This document shows positions 31,466-40,875 of a stretch of 64,000 bases of DNA, piece by piece. The notes beneath the pieces were generated by a model. The model worked only from the letters and a program-made list of their open reading frames with translations, had not been told where the DNA came from and did no database searches. The translations under genes and the position numbers were made by a program. How positions within the stretch are numbered: the stretch's first letter is position 1; each line of letters starts with the position of its first letter. The stretch comes from Candidatus Bathyarchaeota archaeon (GTDB lineage: Archaea; Thermoproteota; Bathyarchaeia; Bathyarchaeales; Bathycorpusculaceae): assembly GCA_963720565.1 (NCBI GenBank), contig CAVRFW010000008.1:32001-96000 (forward strand). Direction: 5' to 3'.

Positions 31466-31795
31466 ATGGAAGCTAAAACCCCTAGAGAGTTTTTCGAGAA
31501 AATTCTGCCGGGAAGATTCAAACCGGATAAGGCAGCAGGTATCGAAGTGACCGTTCAGGTTAGTATCGTCGGAGAAAACGGAGGCGATTGGGTAGTTACA
31601 ATAAGTAACCAGCAGCTAGAAGTGAAAGAGGGAACGCATCCATCTCCCCAACTGCTAGTTAAAATGAAGGAGAAAGACTACCTAGATGTTGTTAACGACA
31701 AGATGAGTGGACAAAATGCCTTTTTCTCCGGCAAACTTCAACTCAAGGGCGACATTATGCTGGCGCTGAGATTGAAAGACATGGGATTTCTCTAG
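31466..31795 (+). CDS. SCP2 sterol/lipid-binding domain protein
   Basis: GGDWVV, AFFSGKLQLKGDIMLALRL. Confidence 0.9.
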   Translation: MEAKTPREFFEKILPGRFKPDKAAGIEVTVQVSIVGENGGDWVVTISNQQLEVKEGTHPSPQLLVKMKEKDYLDVVNDKMSGQNAFFSGKLQLKGDIMLALRLKDMGFL

Positions 31796-32020
31796 AATTC
31801 AGGAGCGAACGCTTGCTAAGCAATGATTTTTCGCCTTAGACATCACTACGGACATGAAATGTATTACTCAGAAATTACAGCTTATAGAGGCTGCCTCCAG
31901 AATCCGTCACTTCTTAACTTTCGAACAATTTCTGAAGCTTACATCAAGGGGCCAATAACCAAACATAAAGAACAAGAAGCGCCTAATCTTCAAGGGATAC
32001 CAGATGGTCGAACGCAAACG

Positions 32021-32521
32021 CTAGTAAAGCGAAGCTACGATCGCCGTTACCGTTCCTTGAATATTGGGAACTTCATCTTGTATCTGAGAAATGAGGAGTT
32101 TAAGGTCATGCGTATCATTTGCTCGGACAGCGCATATTATATCATAGAGGCCGAAGACGGTCTCAGCCGACAAGACTTTTGGAATACTCTGCAACTTTTC
32201 CTGCACCAACTCGAGATTTCTAGGCTGAGTGTTAAGGAACAAGAAGGCATATGGTTCCTCTATGAACTCTTTGCCTTCCGAAATGACGATGAGAGTCTGG
32301 GTCTTCTCAACTAGCGGGTCTTGAGGAGTTATTGTTCTGATACGATCAAACCATTCTTTGATGAACTCATCAAGGTCTTTCAAGTTGTCAAGCCGAATCA
32401 GAATATCAACGGGTCCGAAAAGCAAAAAGACATCTTTCTTAGTAAGGTTCATTTTTATTAGCTCGTCAAGCACCCTGTTAAAAGCACCCGGTTTGCAGGC
32501 TAACGTCATGTAGGCTTTCAT
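32021..32521 (-). CDS. Tandem Lrp/AsnC ligand-binding domain protein (no HTH)
   Basis: Two copies of the (L/V)FGxxDI(L/I) motif. Confidence 0.75.
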   Translation of the reverse strand: MKAYMTLACKPGAFNRVLDELIKMNLTKKDVFLLFGPVDILIRLDNLKDLDEFIKEWFDRIRTITPQDPLVEKTQTLIVISEGKEFIEEPYAFLFLNTQPRNLELVQEKLQSIPKVLSAETVFGLYDIICAVRANDTHDLKLLISQIQDEVPNIQGTVTAIVASLY

Positions 32522-32647
32522 GGTTAGTCATAGAATTATTGTTTCTTCTCACTGATAAGTTTAGCGTGTTTCGAACCGACGAGGCGCCAGTTGGAGAAAC
32601 ATCTCAGACATCGCGAGTAAAAGAAGCGAATACACGACGACAAAAAT

Positions 32648-32935
32648 TTATGGATTGATAGCTGACGGTTCTCTGAAGAACTCCCAAGCTATGTTGAATC
32701 GCCAAGGGTTGCCCTTCAGTTAAGACTATTTTTGCATCTTCAACGTCGATTAAGCCTCTCTGTTTCAGGGTTGCAATAGCTCGAGGAAATGCTTCTTCAT
32801 GAAACTTGCCGAATCTGCTCCTGAAACTCTCGCGTTCCACAGGCACTCGAATGTAGATAAGCGTGGCCAATGTTCAATTGTCTCAAACGGCCAACCATTG
32901 GGTTCTCTCGTGTCAATTCCTAGCCCACCTACTGC
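32648..32935 (-). pseudogene. Decayed C-terminal remnant of a HemN-like radical SAM gene
   Basis: Fragments TREPNGWPF, IYIRVPVERESFRSRFGK...LKQRGLI and, after a frameshift, GNPWRFNIAWEF match the C-terminus of 3925-5226. Confidence 0.75.
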
Positions 32936-33042
32936 AAGAATACGTCAGATTAATTTAAATCCTGCTCGCGTGCATTGCTTATTTCGACACCTATTTATTC
33001 TGACTCAAATAATGGAAAAGCGTAGATTGGAGAAAAGAAGAG

Positions 33043-33981
33043 ATGCTCAAAGACGCGATAAAAGATTACGAGTTCAAAAAAGAAATGTCGGCAGACGAGC
33101 TTGTCAACCAGATGGAGGAAGCCTGGGGCTTCACCGCAGGAAAACTTGCTGTTGCAGTGAAGATTATGGAACGCATGATTCAAACGAAGAACTGCAAAAA
33201 GTTTCTTTCTTTCACTGGAAACCTCGTTGCAACCGGCACTCGAGGCGTTTTCAGGGAGCTTGTGAAGAGGAAAATGGTCGACATTGTTATAACTACTTGC
33301 GGAAGCCTAGACCATGACATGGCGAGGTGCTGGAAAAACTACTACAAGGGCTCGTTCATCATGAACGACGCTAAATTGCATGAACAAGGCATAAACCGCC
33401 TTGGCAACGTGCTGGTTCCAAACGACAGCTACGGCACAATAATAGAAGAGAAAATGCAGGCAATGCTGCAAGACTTGTGGAGAGAGGGAATAAGGGAAGT
33501 ATCAGCCAGTCAACTTTGCCGGGAGATAGGTTTACGATGCTGCAACGAAAGCTCGATTCTATACTGGGCAGCCCGAAACGATATCCCAGTGTATGTACCA
33601 GGCATCACCGACGGGGCAGTAGGTTATCAGACGTGGTTTTTCAGCCAAGACCACGACTTCAAGCTCAACTTGCTCAAGGATGAAGGAGAACTAAGCGATT
33701 TGATGTTTACAACTAAGAAAACAGGCGCCCTCATAATCGGAGGCGGAATATCGAAACACCACACCATATGGTGGAACCAATTCAAAGACGGCTTAGACTA
33801 CGTAGTGTACATTAGCACTGCAGACGAGTGGGACGGCAGCCTTTCAGGCGCAAGACCACGCGAAGCAGTTTCATGGGGCAAAATTAGCGAAAAAGCTAAG
33901 AGGGTTATGGTTGAAGGTGACGCTTCGCTGATACTGCCATTGATGACAAGCGCACTACTGGATCGGCTCGGAAAGACTTAG
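33043..33981 (+). CDS. dys: Deoxyhypusine synthase (canonical type)
   Basis: SFTGNL, GINRLGN, TDGAVG, GGGISKHH, DGSLSGARPREAVSWGK with catalytic Lys. Confidence 0.93.
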   Translation: MLKDAIKDYEFKKEMSADELVNQMEEAWGFTAGKLAVAVKIMERMIQTKNCKKFLSFTGNLVATGTRGVFRELVKRKMVDIVITTCGSLDHDMARCWKNYYKGSFIMNDAKLHEQGINRLGNVLVPNDSYGTIIEEKMQAMLQDLWREGIREVSASQLCREIGLRCCNESSILYWAARNDIPVYVPGITDGAVGYQTWFFSQDHDFKLNLLKDEGELSDLMFTTKKTGALIIGGGISKHHTIWWNQFKDGLDYVVYISTADEWDGSLSGARPREAVSWGKISEKAKRVMVEGDASLILPLMTSALLDRLGKT

Positions 33982-35039
33982 GACACGTTTTTGAAGAGCC
34001 AAGACATGTCTGGCGCTTTGCGCTTGATTTTCACTCTTTCGTTGAGCGCGTGCGTTATTAGAGGCAGAGCAATCGTGGCATCGCAATAGCAAACCGCCCG
34101 TTTACCACTTTCACTGTTTATCTTTCCCCAGCTTATCGCCTCTTCCAGTGTACAGCCGCTTAAGCCACCCCATTGGGGCGAGTCAGTTGTAATTTGTATG
34201 GCGTATTTGTGCGGGTAATAGTATTCTTGGAGGCCGTCGCGCAAGTGACCGTTTCTGCCTGGAACGCCTTGATCATTTGTCTTGGGCGATACTGATATTG
34301 CTATTAGTTGCGTAAGGTCCTTGGGGACACCGCCGCCGATGTAGACTACACCGATATCCTTTGTTTTCTCGCCGATGCTTACGAACTGTTCAAACTCTTT
34401 CACAGAATCCAGCATTACAGTGCGTCCGCGGTTCTTTGCAAGTAAGAAGGTTTCTCCATAAGCGCTATCGGTCATGGCTGGGCTGAAGATTGGAACTCCG
34501 TTTGCTGCGGCAACTGCCGTTATGCTGGGGATATTCTTCTTGCCGAGGTATTTTCCCAGCAGGTGGAGAAATTCGGTTGAAGAGTAGGGAAAATCGGATT
34601 TGAGAGTCATGACAAAGTCTGTGACGAGATCTTCCATTTGCCGGTAGTCGGTTTCCTTTCCGAAGACGTCGTAGTACCTGTTCACGTCTGCTTTCAAGAG
34701 AGCCTCATCGTCAACCATGTGGCTACCCTGCCAGTAGCCAAGTCCCATAGCATCAACAATGTCTTCTGAAACATTGGCACCCGTGCTTACGAGAACATCG
34801 ATGAAGCGGTTTTCCATAAGCCAGTTGACTATTGTCCATTGCCCAGCAGTACTTAATGAGCCTGCTATGCCCATAACAATTGTGAGGTCTTTTTCTTCAA
34901 TCATATTTTCCCAGACATCAACTGCTTCACCGAGTTTTCTGCCCTGGTAAGCCGTTCTACCCATTTCAGACAGAAGTTGTGAGACGCTCTTCTCTTTGAC
35001 TTTAATGGGTTCGAGTTTCTTGTTGAAGTATTTGCTCAT
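33978..35039 (-). CDS. Deoxyhypusine synthase-like protein (second paralog)
   Basis: STGANVSED, NRYYD, GGGVPKD, WGGLSGCTLEEAISWGK. Confidence 0.88.
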   Translation of the reverse strand: MSKYFNKKLEPIKVKEKSVSQLLSEMGRTAYQGRKLGEAVDVWENMIEEKDLTIVMGIAGSLSTAGQWTIVNWLMENRFIDVLVSTGANVSEDIVDAMGLGYWQGSHMVDDEALLKADVNRYYDVFGKETDYRQMEDLVTDFVMTLKSDFPYSSTEFLHLLGKYLGKKNIPSITAVAAANGVPIFSPAMTDSAYGETFLLAKNRGRTVMLDSVKEFEQFVSIGEKTKDIGVVYIGGGVPKDLTQLIAISVSPKTNDQGVPGRNGHLRDGLQEYYYPHKYAIQITTDSPQWGGLSGCTLEEAISWGKINSESGKRAVCYCDATIALPLITHALNERVKIKRKAPDMSWLFKNVS

Positions 35040-35166
35040 TAGTTTGCACCTCGTTGTAAGTTAATTGACTTGTATTTGAAATTTACCTTCTCATACTGAT
35101 TGGGTACAATAGAAAACTGTTGAAAAGAGGACTACTGATTTGGAAAATGAGGATTTTAGGAGAATT

Positions 35167-36147
35167 CTATATTGGGTAGGCTCCGCATATCTTGCAGAAC
35201 TGTATTTTTGTTTTTGTGTAGCTCTTGCAGTATGGACATTGTATTCCTCCGTTGTCAGGATAGACTTCTGAGGGTTTTCCGAATATCTTCCTGAAGTGCT
35301 CGTAGTAGAGTAGCTGTTCTTTGTCCTGGATTTTCACATCGTCTTTTTCTACGATCGCTTTCTTTTGCTCTTCAAAGTCTTCATCCGAGAGCATGTCATT
35401 GAAGAATGTTCGGAGGATTTCAGTTCCTGTTCCCTGTTCAAGAGGAGCTTTTGGACGCCAGATGATGTCTTTGGGTATGACATCCTCGTATGCCTTGCGA
35501 AGTATCCATTTGCCGTATTTTACGCCTTCGCGCATGTTTATTTTGAGTTTGATTGGGAGTTTCTTAGCCCAGTCCATGAAAAGTTGATCCATATAGGGTG
35601 CTTTGATGCTCATACCCATAGATTGAGCCATAGGGATTGAAGAGAAACCCATTTCGGCCCACATTTCTTTTTGTTTTTGCTGGAACTCAGTCTCGGAAAG
35701 GTGGAATTGCCAAGGGTATCCGAAAAGCTCGTCAAGGGCGTCGCCTGTGAAGACACTTTTTAAGCCTTTTTTCTTCAGCAGGGTTAGGCCTATGTACACA
35801 GGCATGCTGTTTCTAATTTCCATGGGGTCAAACTTTTTTAGCGCCCCAACCACTTTGGGAGCGAAATTTAGGACGTCATCACGGTCGAAGACATGTGTTT
35901 CCTGATTCAGTTTCAGGAAAGCGACCATTTTTTCGACGTATTCTGCGTCTTTCGGGTTTCCATGTTTGAAAGCCATGGTTAGGCATGGAAGGTTTGGGTT
36001 GTGCTTCACTGCTTCATAAGCTATGATTTGCGTGTCGGTTCCTGCTGAGAAGAGCATGGCGTCAGCCATGTTTTTCTGCACGACCTTGTGTACTAAGATT
36101 CTGGTTTCTGGCAAGAGGTTGATGTATTCTTTTTCATCCAGTACCAT
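35167..36147 (-). CDS. Asparagine synthase C-terminal (ATP pyrophosphatase) domain protein with C-terminal zinc ribbon; no glutaminase domain
   Basis: LFSAGTDT PP-loop variant, TGDALDELFGY, KWILRKAY, WRPKAP, CPYC...CKICG. Confidence 0.85.
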   Translation of the reverse strand: MVLDEKEYINLLPETRILVHKVVQKNMADAMLFSAGTDTQIIAYEAVKHNPNLPCLTMAFKHGNPKDAEYVEKMVAFLKLNQETHVFDRDDVLNFAPKVVGALKKFDPMEIRNSMPVYIGLTLLKKKGLKSVFTGDALDELFGYPWQFHLSETEFQQKQKEMWAEMGFSSIPMAQSMGMSIKAPYMDQLFMDWAKKLPIKLKINMREGVKYGKWILRKAYEDVIPKDIIWRPKAPLEQGTGTEILRTFFNDMLSDEDFEEQKKAIVEKDDVKIQDKEQLLYYEHFRKIFGKPSEVYPDNGGIQCPYCKSYTKTKIQFCKICGAYPI

Positions 36148-36349
36148 TACGTTTCCCCTGCAACAACCAAGTTTGTTGCCTATCGCGTATATAAATTTAT
36201 CCGTATGCTTACAAAATCATTAAAATAGTAAACATATGTGCTGAAATTAAATCCAAAATTGGACACACAAACCGTTAGGATCCCATTGATGCGCTTTTGG
36301 TTTAATTAGGTACATTTAAAAGTTTTAGCATTTCGTTCATATCAAGAGT

Positions 36350-37183
36350 TTGATGTCGGTGACTGTGCCAGAATCTTCAAACCCAGAAGCGTACGTTTTG
36401 CGGATAAGCATAGTTCACATGAAAATCCGCGATACACTAGACGAAAACCTAAAGGCGGCGAAGGCGGGAATTCTCAAAGCTGCAGCACAGAAGCCAGCAT
36501 TTATCGCCCTCCCAGAGTATTTCTCCGTGCCGGGTTGCATGCAGAACTTCACGGACGCAGAAAAAATCTTCCAAGAAACCTGCAAAGACACTTTGGAATT
36601 CCTGACGGAAGTCTCCAGAGAAATTCCAGGAATATACCTCCTCGGCGGAACAGTTCTGGAAAAGGAGGAGGAAAAACTCTACAACACAAGTACTCTATGG
36701 AAAAACGGTGTGCTAATAGGAAAGTATCGGAAAAAAAATCCTATTGCAGCCGAAATAAAAGCGGGAGTGGCAAGAGGCATTCAGGCTGTTGTCATAGAAA
36801 CGGAGCACTGTAAAGTTGGTTTGATTGTCTGTGCAGACATGTTTGACCCGAATCTAGTAAAGCAAGTTGTCAGTTTAGGAGCTGAAGTGATTTCTCTTCC
36901 TGTAGCGGCGATGGGAACACACCCCAGCGTTAAGGGACATCCTTTGACGGAGAAGGTAGCGACTGACAATGGGGTGTTCGTGATCAAAGTTGGGAACGTC
37001 TGTTCCAGCACCAAGGGAGGAAGAAGTGCGGTGATCGCGCCCTGGGGCATACTCGAAGAGGTATCTGACGCGGAGGAAGATTTGATTATAACGGTTGACT
37101 TGGACATGACGAGACTTGATGAATACAGAAAGACTATCAGTAAACCTTGGCCCAGTCATCCACGATCTGGCTCATCTCATTGA
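36350..37183 (+). CDS. Carbon-nitrogen hydrolase (nitrilase superfamily)
   Basis: Glu-Lys-Cys triad: LPEYF, YRK, IVCAD; GRSAVIAPWG. Confidence 0.9.
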   Translation: MMSVTVPESSNPEAYVLRISIVHMKIRDTLDENLKAAKAGILKAAAQKPAFIALPEYFSVPGCMQNFTDAEKIFQETCKDTLEFLTEVSREIPGIYLLGGTVLEKEEEKLYNTSTLWKNGVLIGKYRKKNPIAAEIKAGVARGIQAVVIETEHCKVGLIVCADMFDPNLVKQVVSLGAEVISLPVAAMGTHPSVKGHPLTEKVATDNGVFVIKVGNVCSSTKGGRSAVIAPWGILEEVSDAEEDLIITVDLDMTRLDEYRKTISKPWPSHPRSGSSH

Positions 37184-38021
37184 ATTCATATGTTTTTAGC
37201 CAAGCTCGAAAATCTGTGTTTTTCACTGCAAAGCGACAAATCTGCTTCGCATTCTCGGAATCGTGAACCAAAAATAGAACGCCCTTGAGGTTTTGCTTGG
37301 AAACATAAGCCACAGTCTTCAACAAGGCATCCAGCTTTTCATTGGTTGGCATTTCTGCGCTTAATTCTAGAACAACAGGTTTCTTCAAGATGCGTGTGAA
37401 GTCTCTCGCTAGGAGGTCCACCCAATAGTTTGTTGTATAGTCTCTTGCAGAAAGGGGCACATGGAAATAGTCCACCAGTTCCGCTATCTTTTCAAAGTCT
37501 ATTCCGAAGCGTTCCTTAGCCAGGACAGGGTCGGGGTACATTTCAACCGCAAAGGTTCCCTTAACTAGATCCTTTGACTGTTTTAGGAAACTCGTTATTT
37601 CTTGCGCACGCCATCCCGTCCAGTTTAGTCCGCTTTGCCTCCAGAGTTCTACGCATCGGGGACAAACACAGAATTCTTCTTCTGGGAAGTGGTAAAGGTT
37701 GAGAGTAACGCCTTCAATGTTTTCTTTGTTCAGTTCTTTGATGTAGTCAAAGATTTTTTTTCGGTAGTCAGGGTTTGTTGGGCAAACAAAATCAAAGGGC
37801 GTGTTTACTTTCCGGTTTTTCCTCAGGGCAGGACCGTTTTTTGAAACTGCAACTAAGTTGGGGTTTTCTCGAATGGTTTTTGCGTCACAAAAGCATGTGA
37901 CATCATTCTGCATTTCTTTCGCTGCTGGAAAAACTGAGCCGTCTACCCACTTTGAATAGTAGACATGCATATCGAAACCCTCGACTTTTTCCGGAGTGTA
38001 CGTAACTAAGCCCATTTTCAT
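37137..38021 (-). CDS. Glycoside-hydrolase-like TIM-barrel protein with CxCxxC motif, function unknown (paralog A)
   Basis: CPTNPDYR, FCVCPRC, WRA, KERFGIDF; start set to MKMG at 38021 by alignment with paralog B. Confidence 0.7.
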   Translation of the reverse strand: MKMGLVTYTPEKVEGFDMHVYYSKWVDGSVFPAAKEMQNDVTCFCDAKTIRENPNLVAVSKNGPALRKNRKVNTPFDFVCPTNPDYRKKIFDYIKELNKENIEGVTLNLYHFPEEEFCVCPRCVELWRQSGLNWTGWRAQEITSFLKQSKDLVKGTFAVEMYPDPVLAKERFGIDFEKIAELVDYFHVPLSARDYTTNYWVDLLARDFTRILKKPVVLELSAEMPTNEKLDALLKTVAYVSKQNLKGVLFLVHDSENAKQICRFAVKNTDFRAWLKTYEFNEMSQIVDDWAKVY

Positions 38022-38082
38022 GCTCTTCAACTCATTCGCGCAACAGATATATTCACGCGACTTATTTAGCTGTTGAATCACA

Positions 38083-38289
38083 ATGGAAAAGCACGAGTCG
38101 CCTGTTCTTATCGACTACAAAAAATGCCCGCCGTGTTCAGGACTTATTTGTGTAGGGGTTTGTCCCTTGGGTTTGTTTGAGGCTGGAAAAGGTGGTAAAC
38201 CTGAAATCGTTGACATTGCCTCTTGTACCCGATGCGGCGTCTGTGCGAACTTGTGCCAGAAAAAAGCCATAACAATAAGAGAAAGATGA
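38083..38289 (+). CDS. 2x[4Fe-4S] ferredoxin
   Basis: CPPCSGLICVGVCP and CTRCGVCANLC. Confidence 0.88.
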   Translation: MEKHESPVLIDYKKCPPCSGLICVGVCPLGLFEAGKGGKPEIVDIASCTRCGVCANLCQKKAITIRER

Positions 38290-39422
38290 CCAATCCCTAT
38301 ACGGATAATGGTGATTGCATGAAACAGTTTGATCTGGAAGCTCCTGGAGTAAAATTGATTCTGGAAAAAAATGTGCTTGCAGTGCTTTCCGATTCTCCGC
38401 TAAACACTATCAGTTCCGCCTTTCACAATGGCGGTGGAATAAAGAAGACAAATGCAATACTCAACGTTGAAGTCTTGAAATCGTACAGTGATCGAACCCT
38501 CCACGATGACCCCGAAGCCTACATAATGGAATCCTCAAAAGTTATTGGACTCAACGAAAGCTTCATAGGCATGGTTACTGCAGCTGCAGTCGAAAACTTT
38601 TCAATGGTCTCGAAAAGAGAAGAGGACCTCGGCGTCAACGTTATTGCCACCGCAGCAGATAACGAAGGTCACACCTGCAATCATGCTGAGTCAGCGGGAG
38701 AAAAAATCGAAGTTAAGGTTATTGAGGGAACAATAAACATCATTGCCGTGGTAGACGGGAATCCGACTGAAAGTTGTCTTGCAGGATTAATAATCACCAT
38801 AACCGAGGCTAAAATGGCCGCGCTAAGGGAGCTTGACATCAGAAGTCGATACTCCGGCGATCAAGCAACTGGAACAATTACGGACTCTGTGGTTGTGGCT
38901 GAAACAAACCGGGGAACTCCGCTAGTTTATGGAGGTCCAGCCTCAAAGCTTGGACAATTGGTCGGGTACTGCACTAGAGAAGCAGTGAAAGAAGCAGTAA
39001 TGAAAGCAAGTGAATGTATGCCGGGCAGATCCCTGATTTCAAGGCTAAGAGAACGAAATTTATCAATTGAAAAATTAGCCTCCGAATTGTCGAAAAGTGA
39101 AACCCTGAACCTCGACAAAGAAACTTTAGAATACTACATAGAAAGAACCTTGAGAACCAAACCGGAAGCTGCATGGATTTTAATGGCGGCTGCAAAAATG
39201 GATGAGGACGTAAAAAACAATCTTATCCCGCTCGAGTTCGGCAGAATTGAAGCAGCAAGTAGAAAGTTCGGAGAATTCGTGTTGTACAGCAAGATGCAAA
39301 GTAGTGCCAAATCCGACGTTTCGGAGAATGACGAAGTTAGTTTGTCTCCATTCCTGAAGCAGGTTCTAGTAAATATGGCAAAAGAAGCTCGGAATGAGTC
39401 TAAAACTGAAAACCTTAAATAA
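38286..39422 (+). CDS. cbiZ: Adenosylcobinamide amidohydrolase CbiZ with C-terminal extension
   Basis: SSAFHNGG, GMVTAA, GTINI, TEAK, ATGTITDS; ATGA overlap with the ferredoxin stop. Confidence 0.88.
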   Translation: MTNPYTDNGDCMKQFDLEAPGVKLILEKNVLAVLSDSPLNTISSAFHNGGGIKKTNAILNVEVLKSYSDRTLHDDPEAYIMESSKVIGLNESFIGMVTAAAVENFSMVSKREEDLGVNVIATAADNEGHTCNHAESAGEKIEVKVIEGTINIIAVVDGNPTESCLAGLIITITEAKMAALRELDIRSRYSGDQATGTITDSVVVAETNRGTPLVYGGPASKLGQLVGYCTREAVKEAVMKASECMPGRSLISRLRERNLSIEKLASELSKSETLNLDKETLEYYIERTLRTKPEAAWILMAAAKMDEDVKNNLIPLEFGRIEAASRKFGEFVLYSKMQSSAKSDVSENDEVSLSPFLKQVLVNMAKEARNESKTENLK

Positions 39423-39470
39423 CATGCAAAATTTATTCCGTTAACAAAACAATGGAAAATGGTGTAAAAT

Positions 39471-40370
39471 TTGAAATTCGGTGTTTTTCTATATCAACCA
39501 GAACCCGTTGAGGGAGTTGATTACAATTTCTACCGCATCAAACCAGAATCTGGAACTGTTGGGACGCCAAACCCGAAAATGTACACTAACATCGCATGCT
39601 TTGGCGATAATGCCCTAGCTGCGAAGCGCCCAGAATGGATTTCAACTAGCGCGAACGGCCCAGCTTTCCGCACTAACAAGAAATTCAATCTTCGCTGGGA
39701 TGTGCTGTGTATGACGAACCCGGAAGTCCGAGAGTACAATTTGAAGCTAATTGAAGACTGCGCTAGAGTTACCCCAGGCATAAGCATAAGCAGTCAGCAC
39801 TTCGCTGAACATGCCTTCTGCACATGCCCCCGCTGTGTTGAACTGTGGCGAAATAGTGGATTAAACTGGGTTGATTGGAGAGCCAAGACCGTAACTGAAT
39901 TCCTGGCAGAAGTCCGAGAGCGTGTCGTTAATAAGCCACTGTTCGTAAACTGCCTACCGGACCCATTGCTTGGCAAAGAGCGCTTTGGCTACGACTTTGA
40001 TGCCATGGCAGAATACACGGACTACTTTGTCATTCCGATGTTCTCAAAAGCTTATCCCACGCCTTGGTACTGGGAAACCATAGCCAGAGGGTACAAAAGT
40101 TTCCTGAAAAAGCCAATGTTCGTTAACTTTTACGTCCGAGGACCAGGAGAAACATGGGAAACCGTTGCGACGACTAAACAGATACTCACGGTTGCCACTC
40201 GCGCCGCAAGAACAGGGGTTGACGGAATAATCTTCCTCGCTGAGAAAGCACAGTGGATACAGGAATTCCAGAAGAACGCAGTTGCAGACAAAGAAACCCG
40301 TGAATTTCTCAAAGACCACGGCGGCGACGAAGTTCTAGAGCTTGTCAATCGATGGGAATCGCTGTTCTAG
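39471..40370 (+). CDS. Glycoside-hydrolase-like TIM-barrel protein with CxCxxC motif (paralog B)
   Basis: CMTNPEVR, FCTCPRCVELWRNSGLNW, KERFGYDF; colinear with 37137-38021. Confidence 0.75.
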   Translation: MKFGVFLYQPEPVEGVDYNFYRIKPESGTVGTPNPKMYTNIACFGDNALAAKRPEWISTSANGPAFRTNKKFNLRWDVLCMTNPEVREYNLKLIEDCARVTPGISISSQHFAEHAFCTCPRCVELWRNSGLNWVDWRAKTVTEFLAEVRERVVNKPLFVNCLPDPLLGKERFGYDFDAMAEYTDYFVIPMFSKAYPTPWYWETIARGYKSFLKKPMFVNFYVRGPGETWETVATTKQILTVATRAARTGVDGIIFLAEKAQWIQEFQKNAVADKETREFLKDHGGDEVLELVNRWESLF

Positions 40371-40424
40371 GCGAATCCTCTATTTCTTTCTTTTTTGAAA
40401 AGACGCCAACTATTCTTTTCTTGC

Positions 40425-40841
40425 TTAAGGTTCTTGGTTCTTTACCTTAAGGTAGTGGATTTCCCTATTTTTCATTAAGAACGCGACGAACGATAGAACT
40501 GAAACTATCACAGTCAACGAAATAGTAATTGAAGTAAAGTTAATCCCTATTGGCGAGAGACCTAAGATTAAGCCCACAAGTCCTGCGATGCCAAAACTCA
40601 AAGCAACGGACAACACGACTTCTTCTACTAATTCGAGTTTGTTTTTCTTTGAGAACAGAACGGTGACAAGACAGTAACCGGGCAAAATTGCGATGAATAA
40701 GAAACTAAACACGTAGCGTACAATGAAAAACGAAGAGTCGCTTGGAACAAAATATGCAATCAGCATAGTCAAAACTGTAAATAGAATGATAACGCCGAAC
40801 CAGAGAAGAGGTTTCACTGTTTGTCCTTCATAAAGATTCAA
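40425..40841 (-). CDS. DUF1616-like small membrane protein
   Basis: LPGYCLVTVLF...LELVEEVVLSVALS. Confidence 0.75.
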   Translation of the reverse strand: MNLYEGQTVKPLLWFGVIILFTVLTMLIAYFVPSDSSFFIVRYVFSFLFIAILPGYCLVTVLFSKKNKLELVEEVVLSVALSFGIAGLVGLILGLSPIGINFTSITISLTVIVSVLSFVAFLMKNREIHYLKVKNQEP

Positions 40842-40875
40842 TATTGAGATTTAAGAAAAATAAAGAAAGGAGGTT

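Noticed and set aside
31823..32314. 163-aa plus-strand ORF
   Set aside because: Mostly antisense to the better supported Lrp/AsnC-domain gene
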